A DNA stretch of 48,288 bases from a plasmid. Positions 25,703 to 36,700 of the stretch are shown piece by piece. The notes under the pieces are model-generated. The model searched no databases, was not told where the DNA came from, and was given only the letters and a program-made list of their open reading frames with translations. The stretch lies in sequence record NZ_CP009216.1; one strand, 5' to 3'. Position 1 is the first letter of the stretch. Each line of letters opens with the position of its first letter. Both the position numbers and the translations under genes were made by a program.

Positions 25703-25798
25703 GTAGGCAAACTGACCGCCACACGTTCCGTCACATACTCACCTCCGTTACCACCAAGGCGTGGAACACCACCCAAGCCCCCAAGGAGGAGACACACA

Positions 25799-26518
25799 AT
25801 GGCGGACGAAACCCCCACCCCGGCAGACCTCGCCCAGGCCGCAGCTGACAAGGCGCAGCAGGCCCAGCACGACACCGAGCAGGGCGATTACGCCCAGGCC
25901 GGTGAGAACCTGCAGCAGGCCGAGCACGACCTGCAGCAGGCACGCGACAACGCCCCGAGCATGGAGGAGCTGCAGAAGCAGCTTGCCCGCTACGAGGCGG
26001 AGAACCGCAAGCTGAAGGACGAGAACGGCGACCGGCGCGTGAAGGCGAAGCAGGCCGAGGAACAAGCAGCGACGCTGAAGAAGCTCGCCCAGGTACTCGG
26101 CTTCGAACCGTCCGACGATGACCCCGAGGAGCAGATTAAGCAGGCGAAGCAGGCGGCGCAGGAGCGCGAAGCCGAGCGGGACAAACTGCAAGCCGAGCTC
26201 AACCGCATGCGCGAGGACACTACCCTCCGCAAGCTGGCGAAGGACAACGGCGCAGACCCCGACATGCTGGTGCCGTACCTGCGTGGCTCCGGGAACCTCC
26301 CCGAGTGGGGCAGCGACGAGTGGGACAGCAAGGCTGGCGAACTCGTCACCGACACGCTCAACCAGTTCCCCCAGCTGCGCGCCGGCAACGCCCCGCGCAC
26401 GTCCGGGAACACCCCCAGCCCGACCCGCAACGACGCCACCCGCGTCACCCGTGAAGACCTGAAGGAACTCGCGGCGAAGGGCGACTGGGAAACCATCAAC
26501 AAGCTCATGCAGCAGTAA
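25799..26518 (+). CDS. scaffolding protein
   Basis: AAGGAGGAGACACACAATG RBS. Ala/Glu/Gln-rich coiled coil. Position before the major capsid gene. Confidence 0.7.
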   Translation: MADETPTPADLAQAAADKAQQAQHDTEQGDYAQAGENLQQAEHDLQQARDNAPSMEELQKQLARYEAENRKLKDENGDRRVKAKQAEEQAATLKKLAQVLGFEPSDDDPEEQIKQAKQAAQEREAERDKLQAELNRMREDTTLRKLAKDNGADPDMLVPYLRGSGNLPEWGSDEWDSKAGELVTDTLNQFPQLRAGNAPRTSGNTPSPTRNDATRVTREDLKELAAKGDWETINKLMQQ

Positions 26519-26538
26519 CGCCTTAGGAGGCAACCACT

Positions 26539-27420
26539 ATGGCAGCACCCGTAACCAACCCGGGCCTCGACGGCTTCATCCCCGAGGTGTGGGCAGCGGC
26601 AATCATGGAGCCGTTCGAGAAGAACCTGGTGTACGCGCAGCCCACCATCGTGAACGACCGCTACTCCGGCGAGATTAACCGCGTCGGCGACACCGTCCAC
26701 TTCGGCACCATCTCCGCCCCGACCGTCCGCGACTACAACGTGCTCGAGCCGCTGGTGTACGAGCAGGTCAACGTCGAGGACAACACCCTGAAGATTGACC
26801 AGGGCAAGTACTTCGCGTTCTACGTCAACGACACCGACGAATCCATGGCCGCGGGCCCGTTCCGCGACCCGGCTGTGCGCCAGGCTGCTATGCAGCTGCG
26901 CTCCGGCGTGGATACCTACGTCGGCGACAAGATGGTGAAGAGCGCTGGCACGAAGCTCGGCAACGTCGACGTGGAGCGCGGCTCCGAGAACGACCTGTGG
27001 GACGTCATTCTCGACATGCGCGCCGCGCTGAACAAGAACGGCGTGCCGACCGAAGGCCGCTTCCTGGTGCTCGGCCCGGATTCCGAGGCCGCTGCGCTGC
27101 GCACCCCGGGCTTCGTGAAGGCTAACGAATCGGGCTCCGACGAGACGCTGCGCCAGGGCATTATCGGCAAGCTCGCCGGGTTCGACGTCCTGGTGTCTTC
27201 CGACGCCCCGACGAACGCTGGCCGTGAGGGTATTGTGGCCGGCACCCGCGACGCGGTGTGGTACGCCCAGGCCATCACCAAGGTGGAGACGAACCGTTCC
27301 GAGGTTCAGTTCGCGGACTACGTTCGCGGCCTGAACGTGTGGGGTGCTGACGTTATCCGCCCGGAGGCGCTGGCTTCCGCTTGGGTGAAGGTCACCACCG
27401 GCGCAACCGCGGCTGCGTAA
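26539..27420 (+). CDS. major capsid protein
   Basis: 293 aa, strong RBS, located after the scaffold gene and followed by a strong hairpin. Confidence 0.8.
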   Translation: MAAPVTNPGLDGFIPEVWAAAIMEPFEKNLVYAQPTIVNDRYSGEINRVGDTVHFGTISAPTVRDYNVLEPLVYEQVNVEDNTLKIDQGKYFAFYVNDTDESMAAGPFRDPAVRQAAMQLRSGVDTYVGDKMVKSAGTKLGNVDVERGSENDLWDVILDMRAALNKNGVPTEGRFLVLGPDSEAAALRTPGFVKANESGSDETLRQGIIGKLAGFDVLVSSDAPTNAGREGIVAGTRDAVWYAQAITKVETNRSEVQFADYVRGLNVWGADVIRPEALASAWVKVTTGATAAA

Positions 27421-27438
27421 CCGCGCAGCACCGACTAG

Positions 27439-27475
27439 AGGGGGCTAGGGGCATGCAGCCCCTGGCCCCCTTTAC
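27439..27475 (+). terminator. terminator hairpin AGGGGGCTAGGGGC-atgca-GCCCCTGGCCCCCT then TTT
   Basis: A 13-bp stem with 1 mismatch, immediately after the capsid gene. Confidence 0.45.
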
Positions 27476-27495
27476 CTGTATCGAGGAGAGACACG

Positions 27496-27930
27496 ATGAA
27501 CAACCCGTACCAGGCGGAGCTGCTCGACACGCTGCGGGAGCATGACAACGCCGGCGACGAGCGCGAACTGAAGCGCCTTATCAACTGGTCGACGTCCGGC
27601 GTGCTGAAGTACACGCAGGCCGCGGTGTACGCGACGAACGATGATTACACGCCTGCCGAGACGTACCAGCGTGAGGCAATGGTGGAGGCGATTGAGGTGC
27701 AGTGCGCCACGGTGCTGTCGCTCGGTTTGGTGGCCGATGTGCTGTCCGGTGGGGCTGCGGCGGAGCCGACGGTCACCGGCACGTCGGACAACGGTGCCAG
27801 CTTGTCGTTCAGTGACGCGCAGGCCGAATCTGCCCGGGCGTGGCTACGCCGGGGTGAGCTGACTACGGAGGCGCAGATGATTCTGGACGCCGCGGGTCTT
27901 GGCCCGCAGCACCCGTGGGTTCGATACTAG
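27496..27930 (+). CDS. head-tail connector / adaptor protein
   Basis: Position and size (144 aa) are typical. Confidence 0.5.
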   Translation: MNNPYQAELLDTLREHDNAGDERELKRLINWSTSGVLKYTQAAVYATNDDYTPAETYQREAMVEAIEVQCATVLSLGLVADVLSGGAAAEPTVTGTSDNGASLSFSDAQAESARAWLRRGELTTEAQMILDAAGLGPQHPWVRY

Positions 27931-27943
27931 ATGGGAGGAACAC

Positions 27944-28285
27944 GTGGACGCGGCAGCATTACGTTCCCAGCTGTGGGACAGGCACGAAATCGTTTTAGAG
28001 GGCGAGGAGAAGCGCACCGCCTACGGGGTGACACACGGCCCGCAGGTGGTGGTGCGAGGCAGTATCAACGCAACGGCCCGCACAGTCACCGCCCCCAACG
28101 GGAGTGAGGTTGTTGTGTCGGCGACGTGCCGGTGGCACCCGTCGGGCCCGCTTCCGAAGGTGGGGGCGAAGGTGACGCTGCCCGCACAGTTCGGGGTCGC
28201 GCCCCGGCGCGAGGTGGTGACCGCACGGCTGGTGGATTCCGGCACCGGGCTAACCCCCGCCCACGTGGAGGTGACGCTGCGGTGA
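27944..28285 (+). CDS. head closure / head-tail joining protein (GTG start)
   Basis: GGGAGGA RBS. In-frame part of track ORF 27899..28285. Confidence 0.45.
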   Translation: MDAAALRSQLWDRHEIVLEGEEKRTAYGVTHGPQVVVRGSINATARTVTAPNGSEVVVSATCRWHPSGPLPKVGAKVTLPAQFGVAPRREVVTARLVDSGTGLTPAHVEVTLR

Positions 28286-28626
28286 GCTTGGAGTGGAACG
28301 CCGACGCGTTGAAGGCCCGTATCACCGCCGGCGCTCGCGCCGGGGTTGCGGAGGCGGCGCAGGCGGTTGCTACGGCGTCGCAAGACCTCACCCCGGTGCT
28401 CGAGGGCGTGCTGCGCGCCTCAACCTTCGTTCACCGCCCGGTTGAACAAGGCGGCGAGGTGCTGTCCGGCGTGGGCAACAACACCATCTACGCGGCCCGC
28501 CAGCACGAGGAAACTAGCTGGAACCACCCACGGGGCGGGCAAGCGAAGTATATGGAGACGGCCATGAACCAGAACACCGACGCTGTCAAGCAGACCATCA
28601 TCAACCACATCAAGGGAGCGATCTAA
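28282..28626 (+). CDS. HK97 gp10-like tail component
   Basis: GTGA overlap. AARQHE...HPRGGQAKYMETA resembles the HK97 gp10 family. Confidence 0.55.
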   Translation: MSLEWNADALKARITAGARAGVAEAAQAVATASQDLTPVLEGVLRASTFVHRPVEQGGEVLSGVGNNTIYAARQHEETSWNHPRGGQAKYMETAMNQNTDAVKQTIINHIKGAI

Positions 28627-28627
28627 C

Positions 28628-29086
28628 ATGCCGGATTACGGCACCGTGGGCTGGCAGCACGCCCACCCGGAGTTCGCGCTGCAGGTCGCGGAGTACCTGC
28701 ACTCGCGGGGGATCGTGGCTGACCCGCACGGCGAGCAGCGCGACGAGCGCACAGCGGTGTACCTCAACGAGCTGCCGGCCGCCCCCGACCGGGCGGTGTG
28801 CGTGTTCGGCGTCCGGCGCGACCACTACACCTCGGACAGTAACCCGACGATTCGGTTCAGCCTCGCGCACCGCGCCGCCCCCGGCGACGTTCTCGACGCC
28901 GAGCACCTGGCCGAGTTGACGTTCCTCGCCCTGCATGACCAGACCGACCTGCGACTGACCGCCGACCAGACGCTTCTAGTCTGCAGGCAAGTCGTGAGCG
29001 ACCCAGCGCTGCGGGACGGGAACAACCGCTGGGTACGGGTAGACACCTACCAGGCACTCGCGGCAGTCCCGAACACGCTTTCCTAG
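28628..29086 (+). CDS. tail terminator / tail completion protein
   Basis: Positioned before the major tail protein gene. Confidence 0.5.
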   Translation: MPDYGTVGWQHAHPEFALQVAEYLHSRGIVADPHGEQRDERTAVYLNELPAAPDRAVCVFGVRRDHYTSDSNPTIRFSLAHRAAPGDVLDAEHLAELTFLALHDQTDLRLTADQTLLVCRQVVSDPALRDGNNRWVRVDTYQALAAVPNTLS

Positions 29087-29098
29087 CTAGGAGGAAAC

Positions 29099-29695
29099 AT
29101 GGCATTCGCCAAGGCACCCAACAGCTGCGAGCTGAACAAGCAGCTCAACCGCGGCTGGGTCGCGCAGGTCAAGCCGAAGGGCACCGGCCCCGAGAACTGG
29201 CGGTTCGTCCGCGGCGCGACCACCATCAACCCCGTTGTGACCACGAACGGCGTGGACGCAACCGACCTCGATTCCGACGGTTGGGAATCCGAGATTGACA
29301 CCTCGCGCTCCCTCGACATCGAGATTACGCACCAGTACGTCCGCCAGGGCGACACCGATGTGCTGTCCCCCGACCAGGAGCTGCTGCGTTACACCGGCGA
29401 ATCGCTGGGCGCGGAGGGCCAGCTCGATGTGCGCGTGTGGCGCACCGACACCGACGAGGGCTGGGAGGCCACCTTCAACAACCGCTACGCCCCGGCTGGT
29501 GGTGAGGCGAACGGTATCCGCGAGGCGACCGCGAACCTGAAGTCCTCCTGCGCGCCGACGCGTATCCACTCCGTCGAGGAGGGTGCGGAGCGTCAGGATT
29601 CCGTCCCGTTCACTGATGAGGAGCTGCGCGCCCGTCTGCGCATCACCCCGGCCCCGGAAACCGAGGCCGACACCGAGGGTGAACCCGCCGCCTAA
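29099..29695 (+). CDS. major tail protein
   Basis: CTAGGAGGAAACATG RBS, 198 aa, followed by a strong hairpin and the chaperone genes. Confidence 0.7.
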   Translation: MAFAKAPNSCELNKQLNRGWVAQVKPKGTGPENWRFVRGATTINPVVTTNGVDATDLDSDGWESEIDTSRSLDIEITHQYVRQGDTDVLSPDQELLRYTGESLGAEGQLDVRVWRTDTDEGWEATFNNRYAPAGGEANGIREATANLKSSCAPTRIHSVEEGAERQDSVPFTDEELRARLRITPAPETEADTEGEPAA

Positions 29696-29711
29696 CAGCG
29701 GCCCACATTCC

Positions 29712-29757
29712 GGCAACCCCCTGCGCCGTTCCCGTCTCCCGGGCGCAGGGGGTTGCC
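29712..29757 (+). terminator. 16-bp perfect-stem hairpin GGCAACCCCCTGCGCC-(14-nt loop)-GGCGCAGGGGGTTGCC (I-shaped terminator)
   Basis: A perfect inverted repeat immediately after the major tail gene. Confidence 0.5.
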
Positions 29758-29833
29758 TCATGCCCACTGACCGCAGGCCGGCGCGGGGGACACTACCGGA
29801 GTACATGACCACAAGCGGGAGACGGGAGACACC

Positions 29834-30370
29834 GTGGCTATTGACCTTGGCGACCTGAAACAGTACAACGCCGAGCAGGGACTGAAGTTCGAGTGGGCGG
29901 GACGCAGCTACCACGTCCAAGCCGACGTGGAGCACGGGCTGGGATTCCACGCCACCCACCACGAGATGGACACCAAGCGGGAGGAGCTGCGTGAGAAGAT
30001 TCGCAGCACCGACGCCGAGGAATCCAAGGCTGCAGCTGACAAGCTGCGCAGCCTGAACCGGTTCGGCACCTTCGAGCTCATGGCCCCCATGTTCGGCTCG
30101 ACCTTCCACTACCCCACCAAGACGAAGGGGGCGCGGTTCACCGGGGGTATCCTCGCGGAGCTGCAGGAGAACGGCATGGACTGGGGCACCCTTGAGCGCA
30201 TTGTCACCACCCTGTACCTGATGATGGTGAACTCCGAGGCTGTGGCGCAGGAGTACATGAAGACGGGAAAATTGGAGCAGGCCGTGGCAGTGGTGGCGGC
30301 GCGGGAGAAGTCCGAAACCGACGCCCTGGCGACCCAGCAGGCACCTGGCGCGACCAGTGGGAACGACTAA
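29834..30370 (+). CDS. tail assembly chaperone (gpG-like)
   Basis: GTG start. Positioned between the major tail and tape measure genes. Confidence 0.75.
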   Translation: MAIDLGDLKQYNAEQGLKFEWAGRSYHVQADVEHGLGFHATHHEMDTKREELREKIRSTDAEESKAAADKLRSLNRFGTFELMAPMFGSTFHYPTKTKGARFTGGILAELQENGMDWGTLERIVTTLYLMMVNSEAVAQEYMKTGKLEQAVAVVAAREKSETDALATQQAPGATSGND

Positions 30371-30765
30371 GACGCGACCTCGACGGGTGGGCGTGGGCGC
30401 AGGACAGTGAGTTCTGGTACGACCCGAACCCGGGCGCGTACTTCGAGGGCGACCCGGGCGGTGGCCCACCCGACATGGAACTACTGGGTGCCGACGGGGA
30501 GATTCTGACCCGCGAGTGGTTCCTACCCACCGAGGACAAGGGCGAGGTGATTCCCTTCATCGAGGTGTTGTCCCACTGGGTGCAGCTCGAGGGGGACATG
30601 CACCACTACTTCGGCGCTGACCTGGAAGACCCCGCGGTGAAGGCAAGGCCGTGGCGGTGGTTCGCGGTTCGCGTGGACTGGCTCATGTCGCGTGATTCGA
30701 CGCTACGGCGCGCTGTCCGACCGCCGAAGGAACCCGAGCAGAATAGCGCGCATGGCGACGCTTGA
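29834..30765 (+). CDS. tail assembly chaperone, frameshift-extended form (gpGT-like), about 309 aa
   Basis: The -1 frame downstream of GGGAAAA encodes DLDGWAWAQDSEFWYDPNPGAY...MELLGADGEIL... It ends 11 nt into the tape measure gene. Confidence 0.5.
30265..30271 (+). promoter_or_regulatory. -1 programmed frameshift slippery heptamer G GGA AAA
   Basis: A canonical XXXYYYZ heptamer in the zero frame of the chaperone gene. The -1 frame is open from here to 30765. Confidence 0.55.
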
Positions 30766-33700
30766 CCTGGGTAAACTTGGCTTTGAGATTGGTGTGGAGA
30801 CGTCGGGCCTGGATAAGGGCCTGGCGGACGCGAAACGCCGCGTAACCGACTTCGAGAAGCAGCTGGACAGCGCCGGCAAGAAGAAGCTGGCTCCGGTGGT
30901 GGACGCCACCCAGATTACGAAGCTGGACACCTCGCTGGGGAAGGTGTCGCAGTCGGCGTCGAAGCTGTCTTCCTCGCGCATTAACCCCACGGCGGACACC
31001 GCTGGGCTTGACCGGCTGCAGTCTGCGGTGCAGTCGGCGGAGAAGTCGAGCGACGAGCTGTCGAAGAAGAAGATTCGGCCCGACGTTGACGAATCCGGCG
31101 TTGACCAGGGGTTCAAGAGCATTGTGGGGAAGGCGGCGGGCGCTGCTGCAGCGGTGGGGGCCGCGTTCAGCGTTATCGACTTCGGGCGTGGTGTGCTGCA
31201 GGCCGGCAATGAATTCCAGTCGCAGATGAACACCCTCACCGCTGTGTCCGGGGCGTCGGCGCAGCAGCTGGCTCTGGTGCAGGCGAAGGCCCGCGAGCTG
31301 GGTTCCGCCACTGATCTCACGGCCACGTCGGCGTCGGACGCTGCAGCTGCAATGACGGAGCTGGCGAAGGGTGGGTTCACGGTTGACCAAGCCATGAGCG
31401 CGGCGAAGGGCACGCTGCAGCTCGCGTCCGCTGCGCAGCTCGACGCGGCGCAGGCCGCAACTATCCAGTCGCAGGCTTTGCAGGCGTTCGGTCTGGGCGC
31501 GGAGCACGCTGCCCGTGTGTCTGACATTCTCGCGGGTGCTGCGAACGCCTCGTCCGCTGAAATGACCGGTATCGCGCAGGGTCTGCAGCAGGCCGGTACG
31601 GTGTCTAGGCAGTTCGGCCTCACCATCGAGGACACGGCGACGGCGCTGGCTATGTTCGCCAACGCCGGTATTCAGGGTTCGGACGCCGGTACGCTGCTCA
31701 AGACGGCAATGCTGGCGCTTACCGACCAGGGTAAGCCCGCGCAGCAGGCGATTGAGCAGCTCGGCCTCACTGTCTACGACGTGAACGGGAAGTTCGTCGG
31801 CATGTCGTCGCTCATGGGGCAGCTGCAGGTTGCTTCGCAGAACATGACCGAGGAGCAGTACCAGGCCGCGACCGCCACCTTGTTTGGGTCGGACGCTATG
31901 CGCATGGCGGGTATTGCAGCGCAGCAGGGCTCGGAGGGCTTCGACAAGCTGAAGGAGGCCGTGACCCGCCAGGGGCAGGCCGCGGAAGTGGCTGCTGCGC
32001 AGACGCAGGGGCTCCCGGGCGCTCTCGAACGCTGGGAGAACACCATTGAAGACCTGCAGCTTGGCGTGTTCGACGCCATGCAGGACGAGCTGGTGGGGTT
32101 GGCGAACGCCGGCGTCGATATGGTGAACGCGCTGCAGCCCGCGATTGAGGGGGTGGCGAAGGCCGCTGCTGGTGCTGCGGGGGATGTGCTTCAGTTCGTG
32201 ACGGCTGTGGCGCAGGCCCCGCAAAGCGTGAAGGACGTGACCGTGGGGCTGGGTGAGTTCGCCGCGATTCTGGCGGTGCTGAACTCGAGCCCGGCGCACA
32301 CGGTGTTCGAGAAAATGTCGGGCGGGGCGAAGACGGCGAAGGGGGCGCTGTCCGGCGTGGCGGAGGCGGCGCGTGAGGCGTCGGTGCAGTACGGCGCGCA
32401 GGCTATGGTGCTGCGTGACACTGCGCGGGAGCAGTCGGTGCTGGCGAAGACGGCGGACACTGCGACCGCCCGTTCTAACGCGTTCTGGGCCGCGCATGAC
32501 GCACGGTGGGCTGCTGGCGCTGCGACGGCGAAGGCGCACGGCGCTGCGATTGGTGGCGCACTGCAGCACATTGGTGGGAGCGCGAAGGCGGGGCTCGGCT
32601 CGGTGGTGGCCATGCTGGGCGGGCCGTGGATGGTTGGGTTCGCGGCGGCGGCAACCGCTGTGACCGCGTTCGTGTCGGCTGGTAAGGCAGTCGATGAGGC
32701 GAACCAGCGTATCGAGGATTCGTCGCGTAAGGCCGCTGAAGCGCAGCGCGAGCTCGTCCTGGCGGCGTCTGGCACCGAGGGCATACTGTCCGGCGACGCA
32801 CTATCCGCCGCCGAGACGATGGTTGAGGGTGCGCTGGCGAACATCACCGCCAAGGGCGAGGCCGCGAACAAGGTGTTCGGCAGTGTCCGCACCGCGATTG
32901 ACGAGGTGGGGGTGGGCACCTTCCTCCTACAGGGCATCACCAGCGACGCCACCGCGGAGTACCAGTCCGCGCTCGACGCTGCCCGCGGGTACGGCGACCA
33001 GCAGAAGGCGCTGTCCGACGCGCTGCGCGACACCGGGCTGACGATGGACGATGTGAACCGCGTCGTGGCCGAGGGCGGGCCGGAGTACGACCGGCTGGTG
33101 GAATCGCTGCGTGGCATGGGCCCACAGGGCGAAGCGGTGGCGGATTCGCTGGGGCAGGTGCGTGACGAGATTGAGCGCACCGCGCAGGCTGGGCGCGAGC
33201 TGCCGGAGAACTACGTTCAAGCAGCTCGAGCGATTGACCTGCTGGCGGATTCCGCGACGTCGGCGGAGGACAAGCTGGCCGCAATGGACGCCCTCATGGT
33301 GGCTATGGGCCTGCGCCCGAAGGACGCGGAGCGCGCCATGCTCGACTTCAAGGAATCCCTGGACAAGACCGGCCAGGAGATTGAGATGATCACCCGCTCG
33401 TCGGACTTCATGGGGCAGGCCATGTTCGACGCGTCGGGCAAGCTGCAGCTCGAGGGTGCGAACCAGGCGACGGCGGAGCTGCAGAAGAAGATTGACGGCC
33501 TGGCGACTGACCTTGAGCGCGCTGCGCTGAAGGGCGCGGACATGGACGACGCTATGGCGAACATGGAGCCGACGCTGCAGGCGATTCAGCAGGCGTGGGG
33601 GCTGACCGACCAGCAGATGGAAGGCATCCGTGACAACCTGCGCGAGATTGCTGGCACGTCGACGTTTGCGGTGCAGCTGCAGGGCGCGGACGAGGCGACG

Positions 33701-36700
33701 CAGGAGCTGTCCGCGATTCTCGCCATGCTGAAGGGCGCGGAGGAAGACCAGCACGAGATACGCATGGACATGCCCTCGGAGCATGTCATGGCTGCGCTGG
33801 ACGAGATGGGTGTGGCCGTCAATGACCTGGGCAACGGGAAGGTGTCTATCCCGGTCACGGCTGAAACCCGTGAGGCGATTGACCAGCTGCAGGAGGTGGC
33901 GTGGGTTGCTGACGAGGCCGCGTCTAAGGGCGTGACGATTGACGCCCTGCTGAACACCGACCAGCTTGAGGGGTCAGCGGCGCACGCGCAGGAGATTCTG
34001 GACATTCTGGCTATTCAGAACCCGTCGCCCGAGGCCGACGTGATTATTCAGAAGCTGCTGAACGGTGTGGATGTGTCCCACGGTGAGCTCGCCGCCCTGG
34101 CTGCGGTGTCCTCCGTGCCTACCGCTGACCTTGAGGCGAAGCTGCTGCACGCGGGTGTGGACGGTGCGAACAGGGCCCTGGGCACGATTCCGAAAAGCAC
34201 CAACACCGATCTGAAGGGCAACGCTAACAATGTGGTGAAGGAGGCGGGGCGCGCTAAGGACTCCGTGAACTCTGTCCCCTCGGAGAAGACCGTCACGTTC
34301 TGGGCCCGGTTGCGCGGTGCCTGGGACGCGATTCGCGGACACTTCAACGGTGGCGTGGTCGGCTTCCACTCGGGCGGGCTGGTGCCTGGGTTCGCGGACG
34401 GCGGATTCATCCCCAACATCCCGGGTATCTCGGACACCGAGCGCGACCCGATCCTCGGTATTGATTCCACCGGGGTGCCGGTGGCGCGCATTGAGCCCCG
34501 AGAGTACGTGGTGAACCGTGCTGCCACGGAGAAGAACCTCCCGCTGCTGCACGACATTAACGCGGGCCGTGTCTCGATGGAAGACCTACCGGGCTACGCC
34601 GACGGTGGTGTTGTGTCCCCGGCGCAGCTGCTGGCGTTCGCCGGCGGCAAGACGGTGAACGGCAAGACTGCCCCGCGCTCCCTGGAGGGCGCAACCTACG
34701 TGTGGGGCGGCGGTCTGCTCGGAAACTGGGGCGACTGCTCCGGCGCCATGTCGGGCCTCGCTGCAATGGCGGTGGGCATGCCCCTGCAGGGCCGGAAATT
34801 CGCCACCGGCAACGAGGGTTCAGTGCTGTCCTCGATGGGGTTCAGCAGCGGTCTGGGCTCGGGCCCGCGCTTCGCTGTCGGCTGGTTCAACGGTGGCCCG
34901 TACGGCGGACACACCGCGGGCACCATTTACGGCGCTGACGGCACGCGGGTGAACGTCGAAATGGGCGGTGGCCGCGGCAACGGCCAGATTGGCGGGCGCG
35001 CAGCCGGAGCCGACCACTCGAGTTTCACCAACCGGGCGTACCTGCCCCTCATGGGCCCGGGCTCTGGCGATATCACCGACCCTGGTTCGTACGGCGGCGG
35101 CGGCGGGGACGTCGTGAACACGTCGACGGATTCCGTAACGATGAAGAAGGCAGGCAAGACCCGCAAGGTCGATTGGGGCACCGCCTCGCAGCTGGCTTCC
35201 GACGTCGAGGCCCGCAACCACAAGTACAAGCAGCTGGCGCGCTACAACGCCGGGCTGTACGACAAGGGCGGCATTCTGCGCGACGGGCAGATCGCGGTGA
35301 ACATGTCGGGCCACGACGAGTATGTGATACCCCCGGCGCTGACCAACGCGATTGTCACCTACCTGCCTCAGTACGCGGAGGCGCTGCCGGGTGTGACGAA
35401 GGCGCTCAACGACTTCACCACGCTTGGTAACCAGGTCGCCGGCGCGGGTATGAACCGTGCTGCGCTGACGCAGGTGGGGTGGAACACCACCCTGCAGGCC
35501 CGCGCCGACCTGCAGAACCTCCCCGCAGACGCCAGCCCGTTCGACCGGTGGGCCATCTACGCGAACCGCACCGCTGGCGAAGCGCTCATGGGCGCTGCGT
35601 CCATGTCGAACTCGCAGTGGATTGAGGCCGGCGAGAAGCTGGGCCTCGACTTCCTCGGCGAGTATGCGGGCGGCATTGCGAGGGCGCAGGAGGAGATTGA
35701 GGATTCCTACGTCGCGCAGGTCGACGCAGCGGACGCCCTAGTGGAGGCGGAGGCCAATCTGGCGGACGCGCAGCGGGAGCTCAACGAGGTTATGGAAGGC
35801 GCGCCGGAGCTGTCAAAGGCCACCGCCCGCAAGGTTGAAGACGCGGAGCGAAAGGTGGAGGAGGCCCGCAAGGGAGGCGACGCGAAGAAGCTGGCGGACG
35901 CGGAACGGAACCTGACGCGGGTGCGTGAGGACGCTGCCGAGGAGTTGGAGAAGAACGGCGCGAAGGACGCGCAGGCTATTCTCGACGCCCGCCAGGCCGT
36001 CACCGCTGCGGAAGCCGACCTAACCACCGCGCAGGGCGTGGTACAAGCGGCTGCGGTTGCTACCGGGCAGGCGCAGATAGCCATGGCCGTCGAGGTTGCC
36101 TCGGTTGTCATCAAGCTGACAAAGAAGGTCGCAAAGGTAGTCAAGAAGGTCGTGGAGGCCGAGCGTGCGGCTCGTGTGGGTGCTGCCGAAGCGCACGCCC
36201 AGATTATGGCGAACGTGCGCGACTTGACGGAGGCCACGGAGCAGCAGCGCCGTGTTGTCGGCGGGCTCATGGCGGACATGGTGCGCATGAAGCTGCAGGT
36301 GCTCGATTCGACATGGAAGGTGCGCCAGGCGCAGAACTCCGTGTGGACGGCGCACCTCGAGGGCCTGGTGGGTATCCGCAAGGCGGAGGCCGCGCTGCAG
36401 GCGGAGCGCGACAAACTCGCAGGTAAGCAGCACTATAACTTTGTGGGCCTGGACATTGAATACGACCGGCTGATTGGCAACATCCAGTCGGGGCTGCTTG
36501 ATATCGAGGCGAGCGAGCAGGACATGCTGGACATGTCCACCGCCGCGATGGTGGCCCGTATCCGGGGTGAGCAGGGCCTGTCAGACGCTTACGGCGACGC
36601 AATGGCACAGCGGCTGCGCACTACCAAAAACCTCACGAAGGAGGAGGCTCGCCTGGTCTCGGCGGTGTTCGCCGGGCGATTCGCTGGCTACAACGACGAG

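Noticed and set aside
25304-26518. 404-aa ORF merging the MuF 3' region with the scaffold gene
   Set aside because: The upstream part is a different frame of the MuF-like gene. The ATG at 25799 has a consensus RBS and begins the coiled-coil scaffold protein.
29087-30469. 460-aa - strand ORF antisense to the major tail and chaperone genes
   Set aside because: A spurious high-GC antisense frame. Three well-supported + strand genes with RBSs occupy the region.
30683-32569. 628-aa - strand ORF antisense to the tape measure gene
   Set aside because: Its Arg/Pro/Leu-rich composition is typical of GC-rich antisense frames. The sense strand encodes a coherent tape measure protein with an RBS and flanking tail genes.
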